Origin: an uncultured Nitrososphaerota archaeon
Lineage (GTDB): Archaea > Thermoproteota > EX4484-205 > JAAOZP01
Length of the DNA: 64,000 nucleotides
Direction: 5' to 3'
Assembly: GCA_964416155.1 (NCBI GenBank)
Contig: CAYQCW010000001.1
Span: 64,001-128,000 of the forward strand
Shown here: positions 29,048-39,613 of the stretch, piece by piece
How positions within the stretch are numbered: the stretch's first letter is position 1
How the letters are laid out: the number at the start of each line of letters is the position of its first letter
Made by a program: the position numbers and the translations under genes
The notes under the pieces: generated by a model
The model's database searches: none
Told to the model about the DNA's origin: nothing
Seen by the model: only the letters and a program-made list of their open reading frames with translations

Positions 29048-30340
29048 ATGAGCAAGAAGCGGGAAACCGGAATATTGCGCGGCGCATGGTATGTAACGCT
29101 TATTTTCTTCATCTTCGTTGTACTACATTATGCCGATAAGTTTCTCGTATCCCCGCTACTGCCATTAATAAGAGACGAGTTTAAACTAGGCTACACTGAG
29201 CTGGGAGCCATTGAAACCGCAACCATACTGGTGGCCGTTGCTTTCATGCCCCTCTGGGGCTATCTCTTCGACAAGTACGCTAGACCTCCCTTAGTCGCTC
29301 TTGCAAGCGCGATCTGGGGGTGCACAACGATGTTCTCCACTTTTTCAGCAAATTACACTCAGTTGATTCTTACGAGATCAGCAACGGGAATAGATAATCA
29401 AGCTACCAGCGGTTTAATGTCCTTCCTAGGAGACTACTTCCCCCCTGAGAAGAGGGCTACCGCATTAGGAATCCTACAGGCGGCTGAAACTTTTGGAGCC
29501 CTAATAGGCGTCGTCATAGGCCTCGTAATCGGAATCAGCTTCGGATGGCGCAACGCCTTCCTTTTAACCGTAGTCCCAAGCATATTTTTAACGTTCATAG
29601 TTCTTTTTACTGTGAAAGATGTTCCAAGAGGGGGGACTGAGCCGGAGCTGGTGAATGTTAGGGATAGGCTCAAGGATACTTTTTCAGTAAAATCTCTGAA
29701 AAGGCTTTTCGAAAGAAAATCCATCTTATTTCTCTACCTCCAAGGGTTCTTCGGCGTCTTCCCGTGGAACATTCTTTCCTACTGGCTCTTCACCTATATG
29801 ACTGATGTCAGGGGCTTTGAAGCAGGCTCACAGCTACTCGTAATGCTGGCTGCCCTTCTCTCCATGGTTGCTGGAAACCTGTTGGCAGGCTTAACAGGAG
29901 ACTGGGCTTTCAAAAGAAACAAGAGGGGGAGAGTAGTCTTCGCCACTCTAACCGTCGTCATAGGGCTAGTTTTCTTCAACATGGCTTTCCTGACTAAGGG
30001 TGGCGTAGAACTCTTCTTGATACTGGGCGCTATGACAGCGTTATTCATGCCTATGGCTGGGCCATGCGTCTCATCCTCTGTTCAAGACGTTGCCCTTCCC
30101 GAGGTAAGAGGGTCAGCCATGGCCATGCTGCTATTCTTCTACAACGTCGGGTCGGCTTTTGCACCTTTAATTACGGGTTATGCTGCAGACACGATTGGAC
30201 TAGAATGGGGCATAGTTACGATAGTAAACATCACTTGGTCAATATGCATAATTCTTCTAAGCATGGCGGCAGTCTTCATCCCACGGGACATAGACTGGAA
30301 AAGGAAGGAACTTACCAAGAGGGCTGAGACACTGGCTTAA
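29048..30340 (+). CDS. MFS transporter
   Basis: About 12 hydrophobic segments, WGYLFDKYAR motif A, DYFPPEKRA, PEVRGSA. Confidence 0.92.
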   Translation: MSKKRETGILRGAWYVTLIFFIFVVLHYADKFLVSPLLPLIRDEFKLGYTELGAIETATILVAVAFMPLWGYLFDKYARPPLVALASAIWGCTTMFSTFSANYTQLILTRSATGIDNQATSGLMSFLGDYFPPEKRATALGILQAAETFGALIGVVIGLVIGISFGWRNAFLLTVVPSIFLTFIVLFTVKDVPRGGTEPELVNVRDRLKDTFSVKSLKRLFERKSILFLYLQGFFGVFPWNILSYWLFTYMTDVRGFEAGSQLLVMLAALLSMVAGNLLAGLTGDWAFKRNKRGRVVFATLTVVIGLVFFNMAFLTKGGVELFLILGAMTALFMPMAGPCVSSSVQDVALPEVRGSAMAMLLFFYNVGSAFAPLITGYAADTIGLEWGIVTIVNITWSICIILLSMAAVFIPRDIDWKRKELTKRAETLA

Positions 30341-30382
30341 GCAGAAGAATTTATAAGGGTCTCAGACTCTAGCTTTCCAGGC

Positions 30383-32932
30383 TTGCTAGGTGAAAGAACA
30401 CGTTCCTTCGAAGGAAACATGCTTTCCGAGATAGCTTTCCCGATAGGAGGAATAGGTACAGGAACAGTTTCCCTAGGAGGAAGAGGAAACCTTAGAGACT
30501 GGGAGATATTTAACAGGCCAGGTAAAGGAAAGGACCTACCATACACTTTTTTCTCCATCTGGTTTCGCGAAGAGGATTATAAACCAGTTTCAAGAGTGTT
30601 AGAATCCAGGATCCCCCCACCCTATCGTGGCAGCCACGGAATCCCATGGTCATACGTTCCGGGTCTACCTAGGCTTGCTAAGGCAAGGTTCAGGGGAGAG
30701 TATCCCTTTGCACGAATAGATTTCGAAGACAATATTCCGCTTGAGATTTCCCTAGAGGCCTTCAACCCTCTGATTCCCCTCAACGAGAAGGATTCAGGCC
30801 TACCTGTGGCGATTTTCAAATGGAGAGCGAGAAACAGATCCTCTAAGAGAATTCGCTTAACCCTGGCTATGAGCCTTTTCAACGCTGTTGGATACGACGG
30901 CACTTCAACTCTTACAAACAGGTTTAACGATTTGTTCGGACAGAATTTGAATGAGCTGGTTAGGGAAAAAGGCTTAACCGCTATAAAGATGAGCAGCGGC
31001 AAGTATTCCAGGGAGGATCCAAAGTTCGGCTCAATGGTTCTCGCCACAAGCTGGAGCGAGGTAACCTACGCTCTAAGATGGGAGAGATCGGTCTGGTGGG
31101 ATGATGTGCAGAGCTTCTGGAAAGATTTCTCTGAAGACGGGCGGCTGGCTGAGGAGCCTGCAGCCGACCCCTCCATGGATGGGGAGACAGACATAGGGAC
31201 CCTCGGGCTCTTGGCAACCTTGGATCCGGGAGAAGAGGTTGTTCTTCCATTCATACTTTCATGGTATTTCCCGAATCTGGTGAACTATTGGAATAGAGAG
31301 GATGAAGTAAGGGGAAAAAGAATTGGAAACTTTTACGCCAAGCTATTCCAAGACGCTTTAGATGTTGCCAAGTATGTTGTTAGAGAGTTTGAGAGGCTTG
31401 AAAGAGAAACCATGCTTTTCCACAGGACGCTTTTCGAAAGCACTCTTCCCGACTATGTTCTAGAAGCGGTGTCCAGCCAGGTTTCAACCATAAGGACTCC
31501 AACATGCCTATGGGCTGAGGACGGCAGGTTTTACGCTTTTGAAGGATGTAGTGATAACAGCGGATGCTGCTGGATGAACTGTACGCACGTCTGGAACTAT
31601 GAGCAGACCCTGGCACATCTTTTCCCAAGCCTAGAGAGAACGATGCGTCTAACAGATTTTCTAAACAATACTGATGAGAATGGGAACATGGCCTTCAGAA
31701 CCCTAGTGCCGCTGTCAGGTGCTAGATGGAGGTTTAAGCCTGCGGCTGACGGGCAGACGGGGTGTGTAATGAAGCTCTATAGGGAGTGGAAGCTCAGCGG
31801 CGACGAGGAATTCTTAAGAATGCTTTGGCCCAATGCTAAAAAGGCGTTAGAGTACGCTTGGAAAACGTGGGATAAGGATTGCGACGGCCTTATGGAGGGG
31901 GAGCAGCATAACACGTACGATATTGAGTTTTACGGGCCTAACCCCATGGTTAGTTCCCTATATCTTGGGTCATTGAGGGCAGCGGAGGAGATGGCTAAAC
32001 ACCTAGGCGATTCCGAGTCTGCTGAAAAGTATAGGGAAGTTTTTGAAAAGGGTAGAGAAAACTTCAGCAGGCTATTGTGGAACGGCGAGTACTTCGTGCA
32101 AAGGTTTCAAGGCGACCCCAATGTCAGGTATCAATTCGGAGAAGGGTGTCTCTCAGACCAGCTTCTCGGCCAATGGTTCAGCCATGCGGTTGGACTCGGA
32201 TACCTTCTGCCGGAGGAACAGGTTAAATCCGCACTAATGGCTGTTTTCCGCTACAATTGGAAGGAAAGCCTTTTGGAACATGAGAACTGTCAAAGGACTT
32301 ACGCTCTGAACGATGAGAGTGGACTGGTTCTCTGCTCCTGGCCTAAGGGCGGTAAACCAGACTATCCTTTTCCATACTGTGACGAAGTCTGGACGGGCAT
32401 AGAGTACCAGGTGGCAGCCCACTTGATTTACGAGGGCTTTGTTAACGAGGGGCTTAAAATAGTCAAGGGAGTTAGGGATAGGTATGACGGTGTAAAGAGG
32501 AACCCGTGGGACGAGGTTGAATGCGGCCACCATTATGCGAGAGCCATGTCAAGCTGGTCTCTGCTCCTAGCGTTAAGCGGGTTAGAGTATAGTGCTCCTG
32601 AAAAGACAATAGGTTTCGCACCAAAAGTGTCTAAGGACAGCTTCAGATGCTTCTTCTCAACAGGGGGATGCTGGGGAAGCTACAGCAGAGAGCTTAGAGA
32701 ACACAGCCAGAGAAACGTAATAGAGGTTCGCTATGGGACGCTTGAACTGCAGAAAGTTAAGCTGATCACTAACCAGCAATCAGACACGCTTTTAGCAGTA
32801 AAGCACTCCAGCAAAGGAGAAGCAAACGCTGTTTTGAAAGTTGATGGAGAATATGCAACCATTATACTTGAAAAACCCGTTTTTCTTAACCCTGGGGATT
32901 TCTTGGAAATAGTAATAAGCTCTTGTGAATAA
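30383..32932 (+). CDS. GH116 beta-glucosidase / non-lysosomal glucosylceramidase family
   Basis: FPIGGIGTG, DWEIFNRP, AFEG, NCTHVWNY, AADGQ, QHNTYD, DQLLGQW, EVWTGIEY, NPWDEVECGHHYAR. Confidence 0.93.
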   Translation: MLGERTRSFEGNMLSEIAFPIGGIGTGTVSLGGRGNLRDWEIFNRPGKGKDLPYTFFSIWFREEDYKPVSRVLESRIPPPYRGSHGIPWSYVPGLPRLAKARFRGEYPFARIDFEDNIPLEISLEAFNPLIPLNEKDSGLPVAIFKWRARNRSSKRIRLTLAMSLFNAVGYDGTSTLTNRFNDLFGQNLNELVREKGLTAIKMSSGKYSREDPKFGSMVLATSWSEVTYALRWERSVWWDDVQSFWKDFSEDGRLAEEPAADPSMDGETDIGTLGLLATLDPGEEVVLPFILSWYFPNLVNYWNREDEVRGKRIGNFYAKLFQDALDVAKYVVREFERLERETMLFHRTLFESTLPDYVLEAVSSQVSTIRTPTCLWAEDGRFYAFEGCSDNSGCCWMNCTHVWNYEQTLAHLFPSLERTMRLTDFLNNTDENGNMAFRTLVPLSGARWRFKPAADGQTGCVMKLYREWKLSGDEEFLRMLWPNAKKALEYAWKTWDKDCDGLMEGEQHNTYDIEFYGPNPMVSSLYLGSLRAAEEMAKHLGDSESAEKYREVFEKGRENFSRLLWNGEYFVQRFQGDPNVRYQFGEGCLSDQLLGQWFSHAVGLGYLLPEEQVKSALMAVFRYNWKESLLEHENCQRTYALNDESGLVLCSWPKGGKPDYPFPYCDEVWTGIEYQVAAHLIYEGFVNEGLKIVKGVRDRYDGVKRNPWDEVECGHHYARAMSSWSLLLALSGLEYSAPEKTIGFAPKVSKDSFRCFFSTGGCWGSYSRELREHSQRNVIEVRYGTLELQKVKLITNQQSDTLLAVKHSSKGEANAVLKVDGEYATIILEKPVFLNPGDFLEIVISSCE

Positions 32933-33004
32933 ATATCTAACATTGTTTTAGACGCGCTATTCCTCCGAATCTTTAAATAATGCTTCAGTTTCAATACGAT
33001 AAAG

Positions 33005-34009
33005 ATGAAGAGTCTAAAAATGGCCGTGATTGGCTGTGGCAACATTGCTAACTACGCGCATCTACCAAACTTGTTGAAAACCGGGCAGAAATTGGTCGCC
33101 ACATGCGACATAGTGGAGGAAAAGGCAAAGCAGACAGCTGAGAAGTTTAAAGCAGAAAAATGCTTCACAGACTACAGGAAAGTGGTTGAATTAAAGGATC
33201 TTGACGCGGTCATAATAGCTACCCCACCGGATACTCATAGAGAAATAGCGGTAGAGGCAATAAAAAACAACAAGCACGTGTTCCTAGAGAAGCCTTTAGC
33301 GGCAAACCTGGAGGATGCTTATGAAATATACAGCCTGTGGAAGAAGAGTACTGTGAAATTTGCAGTCGGTTTCTGTTTGAGACACCACGGGATGTTCAAG
33401 TATGCTAAGGAACTTGTTGAGAACAATACGGTGGGGGAACCGGTTGCACTCTGGAGAATAGCGATAGGAACCGCTATGGGTGTTTTGCCACCAATGGGGT
33501 GGTTAACCGATAAGAAGAGAAGCGGCGGAATGGTTGTTGAAAACACGATCCATATGATAGACGCGTTCAGATGGTTCGCTGGCAACATCACTTCAGTCAC
33601 AGCACATTATAAGACTGAGAGGAAAGGGATAAGTATCGAGGATAATGCTTACATAGTGTTTACTCATCAAAACAATGCTTTCTCCAGTGTGCTGCAAAGC
33701 TGGACTGCTACGCATACCTATGAATCATGGGGAATAGTTGGCAAAGAGGGTACTGTAAGTGTAAAAGGATACGTGATAGGAAGCATGGAGGTCAGCAGCA
33801 AGGGCAAAGGCTTGGAAGAAGTAGACATAAAGGAAGACCCTATAGTAATGTATGAGAGGGAGATGGAAGACTTTGTTAGAAGCGTATTGGAAGACAAACA
33901 TGTTTTCGCCACGCCGCTGGAGGGATTGAAAGCGATGGAAGCAGCGGTGGCCGCGGAGGAAAGCAGTAAAGAAAGGAAGCTTGTTAAGCTACCTTTGATA
34001 GATTATTAA
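33005..34009 (+). CDS. Gfo/Idh/MocA family oxidoreductase
   Basis: IGCGNIA, ATPPDTH, LEKP, GGMVVENTIHMID. Confidence 0.92.
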   Translation: MKSLKMAVIGCGNIANYAHLPNLLKTGQKLVATCDIVEEKAKQTAEKFKAEKCFTDYRKVVELKDLDAVIIATPPDTHREIAVEAIKNNKHVFLEKPLAANLEDAYEIYSLWKKSTVKFAVGFCLRHHGMFKYAKELVENNTVGEPVALWRIAIGTAMGVLPPMGWLTDKKRSGGMVVENTIHMIDAFRWFAGNITSVTAHYKTERKGISIEDNAYIVFTHQNNAFSSVLQSWTATHTYESWGIVGKEGTVSVKGYVIGSMEVSSKGKGLEEVDIKEDPIVMYEREMEDFVRSVLEDKHVFATPLEGLKAMEAAVAAEESSKERKLVKLPLIDY

Positions 34010-34114
34010 AAACTGAGTGGCTGAATAATGGGCAATAGCATCCAAGAACATGTCTAACTCAATTAGTTGACAGCGCATTAAAAACATATAAAACTGGGCA
34101 AGAATGCTTACTGC

Positions 34115-36187
34115 ATGAAGACCAGTATAAACCGTTACGGTTTTACTTTGAACGATGAGAAGGTTGAATTTTTATCAGGAGAATTCCACTATTGGCGTGT
34201 CAAGATTGAAAACTGGGATAAAATAATGAATAGGCTGAGGGAAGCTGGTTTAAGGATCATATCCACCTACATACCGTGGGATTTCCATAAAATCGGGGGA
34301 GAATTCGATTTTGAAGGGGACACGGATCCTCAGAGAGCGTTGAATCACTTCATAGATCTCGTGGAGGAAAAAGGCTTCCTAATGATGATTAGACCTGGCC
34401 CCTACATTTATGCGGAATGGAAATACGGCGGGGTTCCTGAGGAGGCGTTTAGACATCACAGGTTCAGTGAAGAATTCAGGAGGCTTGCGTCAAACTATAT
34501 AAGAAAAGTATGTGAGAAATCCATAGTCCCAAACCAAGCCACCAAGGGGGGACCAATATTTGTTCTTCAGGTGGATAATGAGGTCGACCCGTGGGTAAGA
34601 TACTATCGAGACCAACTCGGGTTATCCAGAGGGAAAGGACCCTTCAAAGACTTTCTAGCGGAGAAATACGGGGAGATCGAAAGGCTGAACAATGCTTGGG
34701 GTTGCGATTACACAAGCTTTGAGGAAGCAGAGGCCTATGAGGAACACCCTTTAGCAAGAGGAAACAGGGAGCCTGAGAACCTACTCCGGTACTTAGATTA
34801 CAGGGCTTTTCTGGATTGGAGTGTTGAACAAATAATATCCTGGACAAGGGACGAGTATAGGAGAAATGGTGTTGAGATACCTATGCTGGTAAACACTTAC
34901 GACGACCCGACTTTTCACGATCTGACGAGATTAAGCAGGATTGTTGACCTGCCCTGTATGGACATTTACTTGAAGAAGCATTTGCCTAAAAGCGAAATGA
35001 TGAAGCTTTCATATTGGGTTAGGGCTTATGCTGCCCACACCGTTTACCCGATCGCGACGGAATTCCAATCTGGAATCTGGACTGATGCTCTGTATTCAAC
35101 AGGACCCATCGATGGCACGCATGAAAGACTGTTGGGATTGTTAGCAATGGCATGGGGCCTGAAAGGATGGAACTGGTACATGGCTGTTGGAAGAGATAAC
35201 TGGACGTGTGCACCGGTAAACGAATGGGGGCTGATAAACCCGGATGTGTATCTATCTATCCAAGAGCTATCAAAAACATATAGACTTGTTAAGCCCTACA
35301 ACCTTGAAAAAATAACCTCTATCGCACTGGTCTACTACAGACCGGAGATGTTGCTGAGACACCCGTCTGAAGTAATCTCAGAAAGATGGAATTGGGGACG
35401 CTGCTTCTCCAGCCTTCATAAAGCAGGGCTAGATTTCACATTCTACAATCCTGAGGCTGACCGTGAAAAAAGGCCACTTCTGATTTATGCTGGAGATGGG
35501 CTAATGTGGGCGAGAGATGCGGAAAACCTCGCCAAGTCTTGCTACGAGGGATGCCACATTATCTTCTTCCGAAAAATACCGGTTACCGATTTTGCCCGCA
35601 GAGAAGTTAAAGAATTCTCAGAGATGCCTAGGCCGGTCGGAAGCAGGGCGGAACCAAGGGGTTCCCCCATGGTCCTCCAGATATCTTTCAAAAACCTGAG
35701 GAGGAAGATAAGGACATTAAGCTTCCAGTTCTTCGACCAGCAATGGGAGGAAGCCTTAACGATATCTGGGGCCGGGGTGAAATCACCATACGTTGACGTC
35801 GTGCCGACGTTAAAGGAACATGTAGTTGGATTAACGAGAAAAAATGGAGAAGGCAGGATTACAATAATCGGGCTGGATCCAGGCGTATCCTTGTTGAAAT
35901 TCCTGATAGAGGCTTTCAACATTAAGCTGCCGGCGAGGACAACCTCGCCAATGTCCTTTGCTTCACTGCATAAAGACGCTGAAAATGGAAGGTATGTTGC
36001 TTTCGCCATAAACACTGCACCCTACAGGCAAATTGTTTCAACAAAGCTAAACCTGCCCCCCGGAAGCTTCAATTTCAGAGAGTTGAGATCAGGGAAAAGA
36101 GGAACCATAGAGGGAGGAGAAGTTGAGTTGTGCCAACTGATAGGGCCTAAAAATGCAGAGATCACCGAGCTTACTGAGAAAAAATGA
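34115..36187 (+). CDS. GH35-type beta-galactosidase (with GH42-like features)
   Basis: SGEFHYWR, TYIPWDFH, RPGPYIYAEW..GG, QVDNE (acid/base), LNNAWG, ATEFQSG (nucleophile). Confidence 0.85.
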   Translation: MKTSINRYGFTLNDEKVEFLSGEFHYWRVKIENWDKIMNRLREAGLRIISTYIPWDFHKIGGEFDFEGDTDPQRALNHFIDLVEEKGFLMMIRPGPYIYAEWKYGGVPEEAFRHHRFSEEFRRLASNYIRKVCEKSIVPNQATKGGPIFVLQVDNEVDPWVRYYRDQLGLSRGKGPFKDFLAEKYGEIERLNNAWGCDYTSFEEAEAYEEHPLARGNREPENLLRYLDYRAFLDWSVEQIISWTRDEYRRNGVEIPMLVNTYDDPTFHDLTRLSRIVDLPCMDIYLKKHLPKSEMMKLSYWVRAYAAHTVYPIATEFQSGIWTDALYSTGPIDGTHERLLGLLAMAWGLKGWNWYMAVGRDNWTCAPVNEWGLINPDVYLSIQELSKTYRLVKPYNLEKITSIALVYYRPEMLLRHPSEVISERWNWGRCFSSLHKAGLDFTFYNPEADREKRPLLIYAGDGLMWARDAENLAKSCYEGCHIIFFRKIPVTDFARREVKEFSEMPRPVGSRAEPRGSPMVLQISFKNLRRKIRTLSFQFFDQQWEEALTISGAGVKSPYVDVVPTLKEHVVGLTRKNGEGRITIIGLDPGVSLLKFLIEAFNIKLPARTTSPMSFASLHKDAENGRYVAFAINTAPYRQIVSTKLNLPPGSFNFRELRSGKRGTIEGGEVELCQLIGPKNAEITELTEKK

Positions 36188-36391
36188 TTCTTCTCTGGTT
36201 TATAGGGTATGAGGATTAACATCAGCCTGGGCTAGTTGGCCTTTCTAAATATTGACTGAGAATACGTTGTGATTTCGCTCATAAGACCGGTTTCCCGAGA
36301 ATGGATTAACGAATAACCCTTAATAGATTACGAGGTCTAAACTCTTCCTAGCAGCTCGTCTCAGAATTAACACCAACCTCACAGACATTCC

Positions 36392-36409
36392 CCTATATGC
36401 ATATATAGG
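36392..36409. promoter_or_regulatory. Palindromic site CCTATA-N6-TATAGG overlapping the TATA box of the DUF362 gene
   Basis: CCTATA-TGCATA-TATAGG, ending 25 nt before ATG 36434. Confidence 0.45.
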
Positions 36410-36433
36410 TGTGAAGACCATTTTAGCTATACG

Positions 36434-37858
36434 ATGTTTCTCGAGAGTAAGATAGAGCGACTCATACGCTGGTTTATACATCACCCACTGTTATTAGGTT
36501 TATTAAGCCTAGCTTGGCTCATAATGCGTTCAGGAACAAGACCCCATAGGTTAGCATATCCGTGTCAAAGGGCAGCTTTAGCCTACAGTGCGATACTTAT
36601 AGCTCCAGTATTCTCAATATTCAATTATTTTCTTAAAGAGCTTAGATTGGTTGCCGGAAGAAGAACAGTTACAATCATGTTAACAACGATTTTGGCTACA
36701 GCTTCATTCTTAATGTTTTACTGGCACACCGTAAATAAACCTATTCAGCAAAAGCCCTCGCTTAAACTTGCTCCTCAAACAGCAATAATTCATCCGGCGT
36801 CCGAGATATTCGTCGTAAACGGGAGCATGGCTAAACTAATAAGCCTTATGGGTTCTAAGGGGCTTTTCTTCTACGACTCCCAGCCGGTTGGTGTTAATAG
36901 CGGTCCGGGTGGATTAATCAAGAGGAATGATGTAGTAATAATTAAAGTCAACTGTCAGTGGGATCAGAGAGGGGGCACCAATACAGACCTTCTGAAGGAG
37001 CTAGTAGATCTTATACTTAAACATCCTGAAGGCTTCACAGGAGAAATAGTGGTGGCAGACAACGGTCAAGGTAGGGGTAGCTTGAATTGGAAGAGGAACA
37101 ATGCTGTAAACGAGTCGCAGTCGGTGGAGGCTGTAGTAGCCCTATACTCAGATAAGCATAAAGTTTCAACCTATCTCTGGGATAACATCGCCAGCAAACA
37201 GGTAGAGGAATACATCAATGGCGATCTTCAAGACGGCTATGTTGTCTCACCAGTTTCAGACCCGGAAACCGGCGTAAAAGTTTCTTATCCCAAGTTCAGA
37301 ACAAAAACAGGTACTTATATCAGCTTCAAACATGGGATATGGGATCCTGAATCTGGCACTTACGATTCGAGCAGATTGAAAGTGATAAACTTTCCCGTTT
37401 TGAAAACTCATTCAATATACGGGGTCACAGGTGCGGTTAAACACTACATGGGTGTTGTATCCCAACCACTGACTGACACTCATAGTCTGATCGGTAGGGG
37501 AGCATTGGGAAAAGTGATGGCTGAGACTAGGATCCCTGTGCTTAACATACTGGATGCGGTATGGGTTAACGCGATACCTAGGAATGGCCCCGGCACATCC
37601 TATGAAGAGGCTACCGAGACGGGTCTCGTAATGGCTAGCATCGACCCAGTGGCACTAGATTACTGGGCCTCTAAACAAGTACTTCTGCAACTAGCTAGGC
37701 TCATGAATTATCGTTACAGTGAATCCGTGGATCCTGACAATGATACATCGGATTTTGGAAATTATCTGAAAAAATCACTCGAACAACTTAAGACTGCGGG
37801 TTACGATTTCACCATGGACGCGAATAGGATCACGGTTCACATAGCTGACTACGGATAG
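36434..37858 (+). CDS. DUF362 domain protein with N-terminal membrane segments
   Basis: RSGTRPHRLAYPCQRAA, DVVIIKVN, INFPVLKTH..GVTGAVKHYMG, NILDA, SIDPVALD. Confidence 0.8.
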   Translation: MFLESKIERLIRWFIHHPLLLGLLSLAWLIMRSGTRPHRLAYPCQRAALAYSAILIAPVFSIFNYFLKELRLVAGRRTVTIMLTTILATASFLMFYWHTVNKPIQQKPSLKLAPQTAIIHPASEIFVVNGSMAKLISLMGSKGLFFYDSQPVGVNSGPGGLIKRNDVVIIKVNCQWDQRGGTNTDLLKELVDLILKHPEGFTGEIVVADNGQGRGSLNWKRNNAVNESQSVEAVVALYSDKHKVSTYLWDNIASKQVEEYINGDLQDGYVVSPVSDPETGVKVSYPKFRTKTGTYISFKHGIWDPESGTYDSSRLKVINFPVLKTHSIYGVTGAVKHYMGVVSQPLTDTHSLIGRGALGKVMAETRIPVLNILDAVWVNAIPRNGPGTSYEEATETGLVMASIDPVALDYWASKQVLLQLARLMNYRYSESVDPDNDTSDFGNYLKKSLEQLKTAGYDFTMDANRITVHIADYG

Positions 37859-37972
37859 GGCTATGCGTAGTAAGTATTCAGAATAGAGTAAACAATGTTA
37901 CATATTGCCGGTTCTCTTCCAAAAGAATATTAGTTAACTTGTAAGCTTAGGCTGCTTAAAGAGGACTGAGCG

Positions 37973-38803
37973 CTAGTGTTCTGTAGTTATATCGATATAG
38001 CCTTTTCTCCTTATTAGCACATCGGCAAACCTGAAGATAGCTAACGATAATGCGAAAATTATTACAGCTTTTAAAACTTGGTACAAGATTATTGTTGAAA
38101 CATCAGGAGTACCGATGCCAAAGATTGCGAACCTCATTAGGGCCATCCAATCCTTCAGAGGTAGTCCCACAGCCATAGAATAGGCCCAGCTAGGCAATTG
38201 CTCTGAGGGGAACAAAACGTCGCCAAATATCATGAGAAAACTGTCGAAGCTTATCGCTATAACGGTACCGTATTCGGAGGAGAATAAGGATATTGCAGAA
38301 GCAATTGCACCCAGTGAAGAAGACCACAGTACGGCAATCAGTATTCCGATAAGAATAAGGGGAATGTTTAGTGAGAAGCTGCGAAAACCTATGAGGGTTG
38401 AGCCGACGGTTATCGTGACTACCATGAGGAAAACTCCCAATATGTAGCCGAATAGGCCCCTACTGATTAAATACTCTTGCAGCCTTGGATGTGATATGTA
38501 AACGTACTTCAATGTCTCATAATGTTCTCGTTCTTCATGCACCACCCAGGCCACGCTGGACATACCGCTAACTATGAACTGGTAGAGGGCAGATCCACCT
38601 ACGACGTATAATGCTGCCTCAAGGTTCCACGCGTCAGTATAGATTGCGAACGCTAAATAGATGTAAACGTAGATTAGCGTGCCGAAAATGGGTCTTACTA
38701 ACACGTAACCCAAATAGACCATAGGATGCGTCCAGTTGCTTGACTCAAGCCATGTGAGCCGGATCGAGGCAAATACTCTTCTTAGTAACCGTGTTACCTC
38801 CAA
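37973..38803 (-). CDS. ABC-2 type transporter permease
   Basis: About 6 TM segments, EEREHYETLKY, VLFPSEQLP; coupled to the neighbouring permease and ATPase. Confidence 0.85.
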   Translation of the reverse strand: MEVTRLLRRVFASIRLTWLESSNWTHPMVYLGYVLVRPIFGTLIYVYIYLAFAIYTDAWNLEAALYVVGGSALYQFIVSGMSSVAWVVHEEREHYETLKYVYISHPRLQEYLISRGLFGYILGVFLMVVTITVGSTLIGFRSFSLNIPLILIGILIAVLWSSSLGAIASAISLFSSEYGTVIAISFDSFLMIFGDVLFPSEQLPSWAYSMAVGLPLKDWMALMRFAIFGIGTPDVSTIILYQVLKAVIIFALSLAIFRFADVLIRRKGYIDITTEH

Positions 38804-39613
38804 TTACATCCACCTCATTGTTAGACTTCCATCTTCCTTACCCCTGCGTTCCATTAACCTCAGTATGTAGTAGGATAGTATGAATGTGGAGACGCCGAGT
38901 GCTAGCAGCAGCATTAGGTGGAGCCTTAGGTCAGCGAGGGAAGAGCCCAGTATTAGTGAGAGCCTTACGCCGTCTATTCCTATGGTTATGGGTATAAGGC
39001 TGGCAATAAGCTGTAAAACAGCGGGCAGAGCCCTAAGAGGATAATACTGCCCCGATAGAAAAGTTATGGGTTCCTGCATTAGTTCTGTAAGCCTCCAGCC
39101 GCTGCGTCCCAGCTTAAGGAAGAGTGATGCGAAACACATGCCTAAGGAGTAAAGGGCAAATATTGTTAGGCTGAAGACAGCCAGTGCAGGTAGAATGCCG
39201 TCTACGTTAAACTTTGCATCGAATATTACAATCCCGATTATAACGGTTGCCATGGCTCTTATGGTCGTGTTAAACATGCCTCCGAGTGCAATGCCTAAAA
39301 GTATTCCTTGCAGCGGAGAGGGCGTTATCAGTATTTTCTCCAAGTTGCCACGCTCCTTTTCCCAATAGAAGTTCATGCCAATTCCCCACAGCACGTTGAA
39401 CCAGTAGGAGAACATTGCTCCCCCTAATATTACGAAACCCACGAAAGCTTTAGGCGCTCCGAGGAAACTGTAAGTGTAGACGATCGCAGCTATTCCGAGC
39501 AGAGGCATGAATACCTCGAAGACCAGCCAGCTGAGCTCCCTGTTGCCTCCCTTGATCCTTATGTAACACCTGGCGAAGGCCGACTTCAAGAATAGTTTCA
39601 AAATCCTATTCAA
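38804..39613 (-). CDS. ABC-2 type transporter permease
   Basis: WEKERGNLE, SGQYYPLRALP, IPITIGID. TTG start overlapping the ATPase stop is assumed. Confidence 0.87.
   Translation of the reverse strand: MNRILKLFLKSAFARCYIRIKGGNRELSWLVFEVFMPLLGIAAIVYTYSFLGAPKAFVGFVILGGAMFSYWFNVLWGIGMNFYWEKERGNLEKILITPSPLQGILLGIALGGMFNTTIRAMATVIIGIVIFDAKFNVDGILPALAVFSLTIFALYSLGMCFASLFLKLGRSGWRLTELMQEPITFLSGQYYPLRALPAVLQLIASLIPITIGIDGVRLSLILGSSLADLRLHLMLLLALGVSTFILSYYILRLMERRGKEDGSLTMRWM

Noticed and set aside
36188-36390. Long intergenic region examined for ncRNA or a small ORF
   Set aside because: Only a 22-codon minus-strand ORF with no recognisable motif and no convincing structure.
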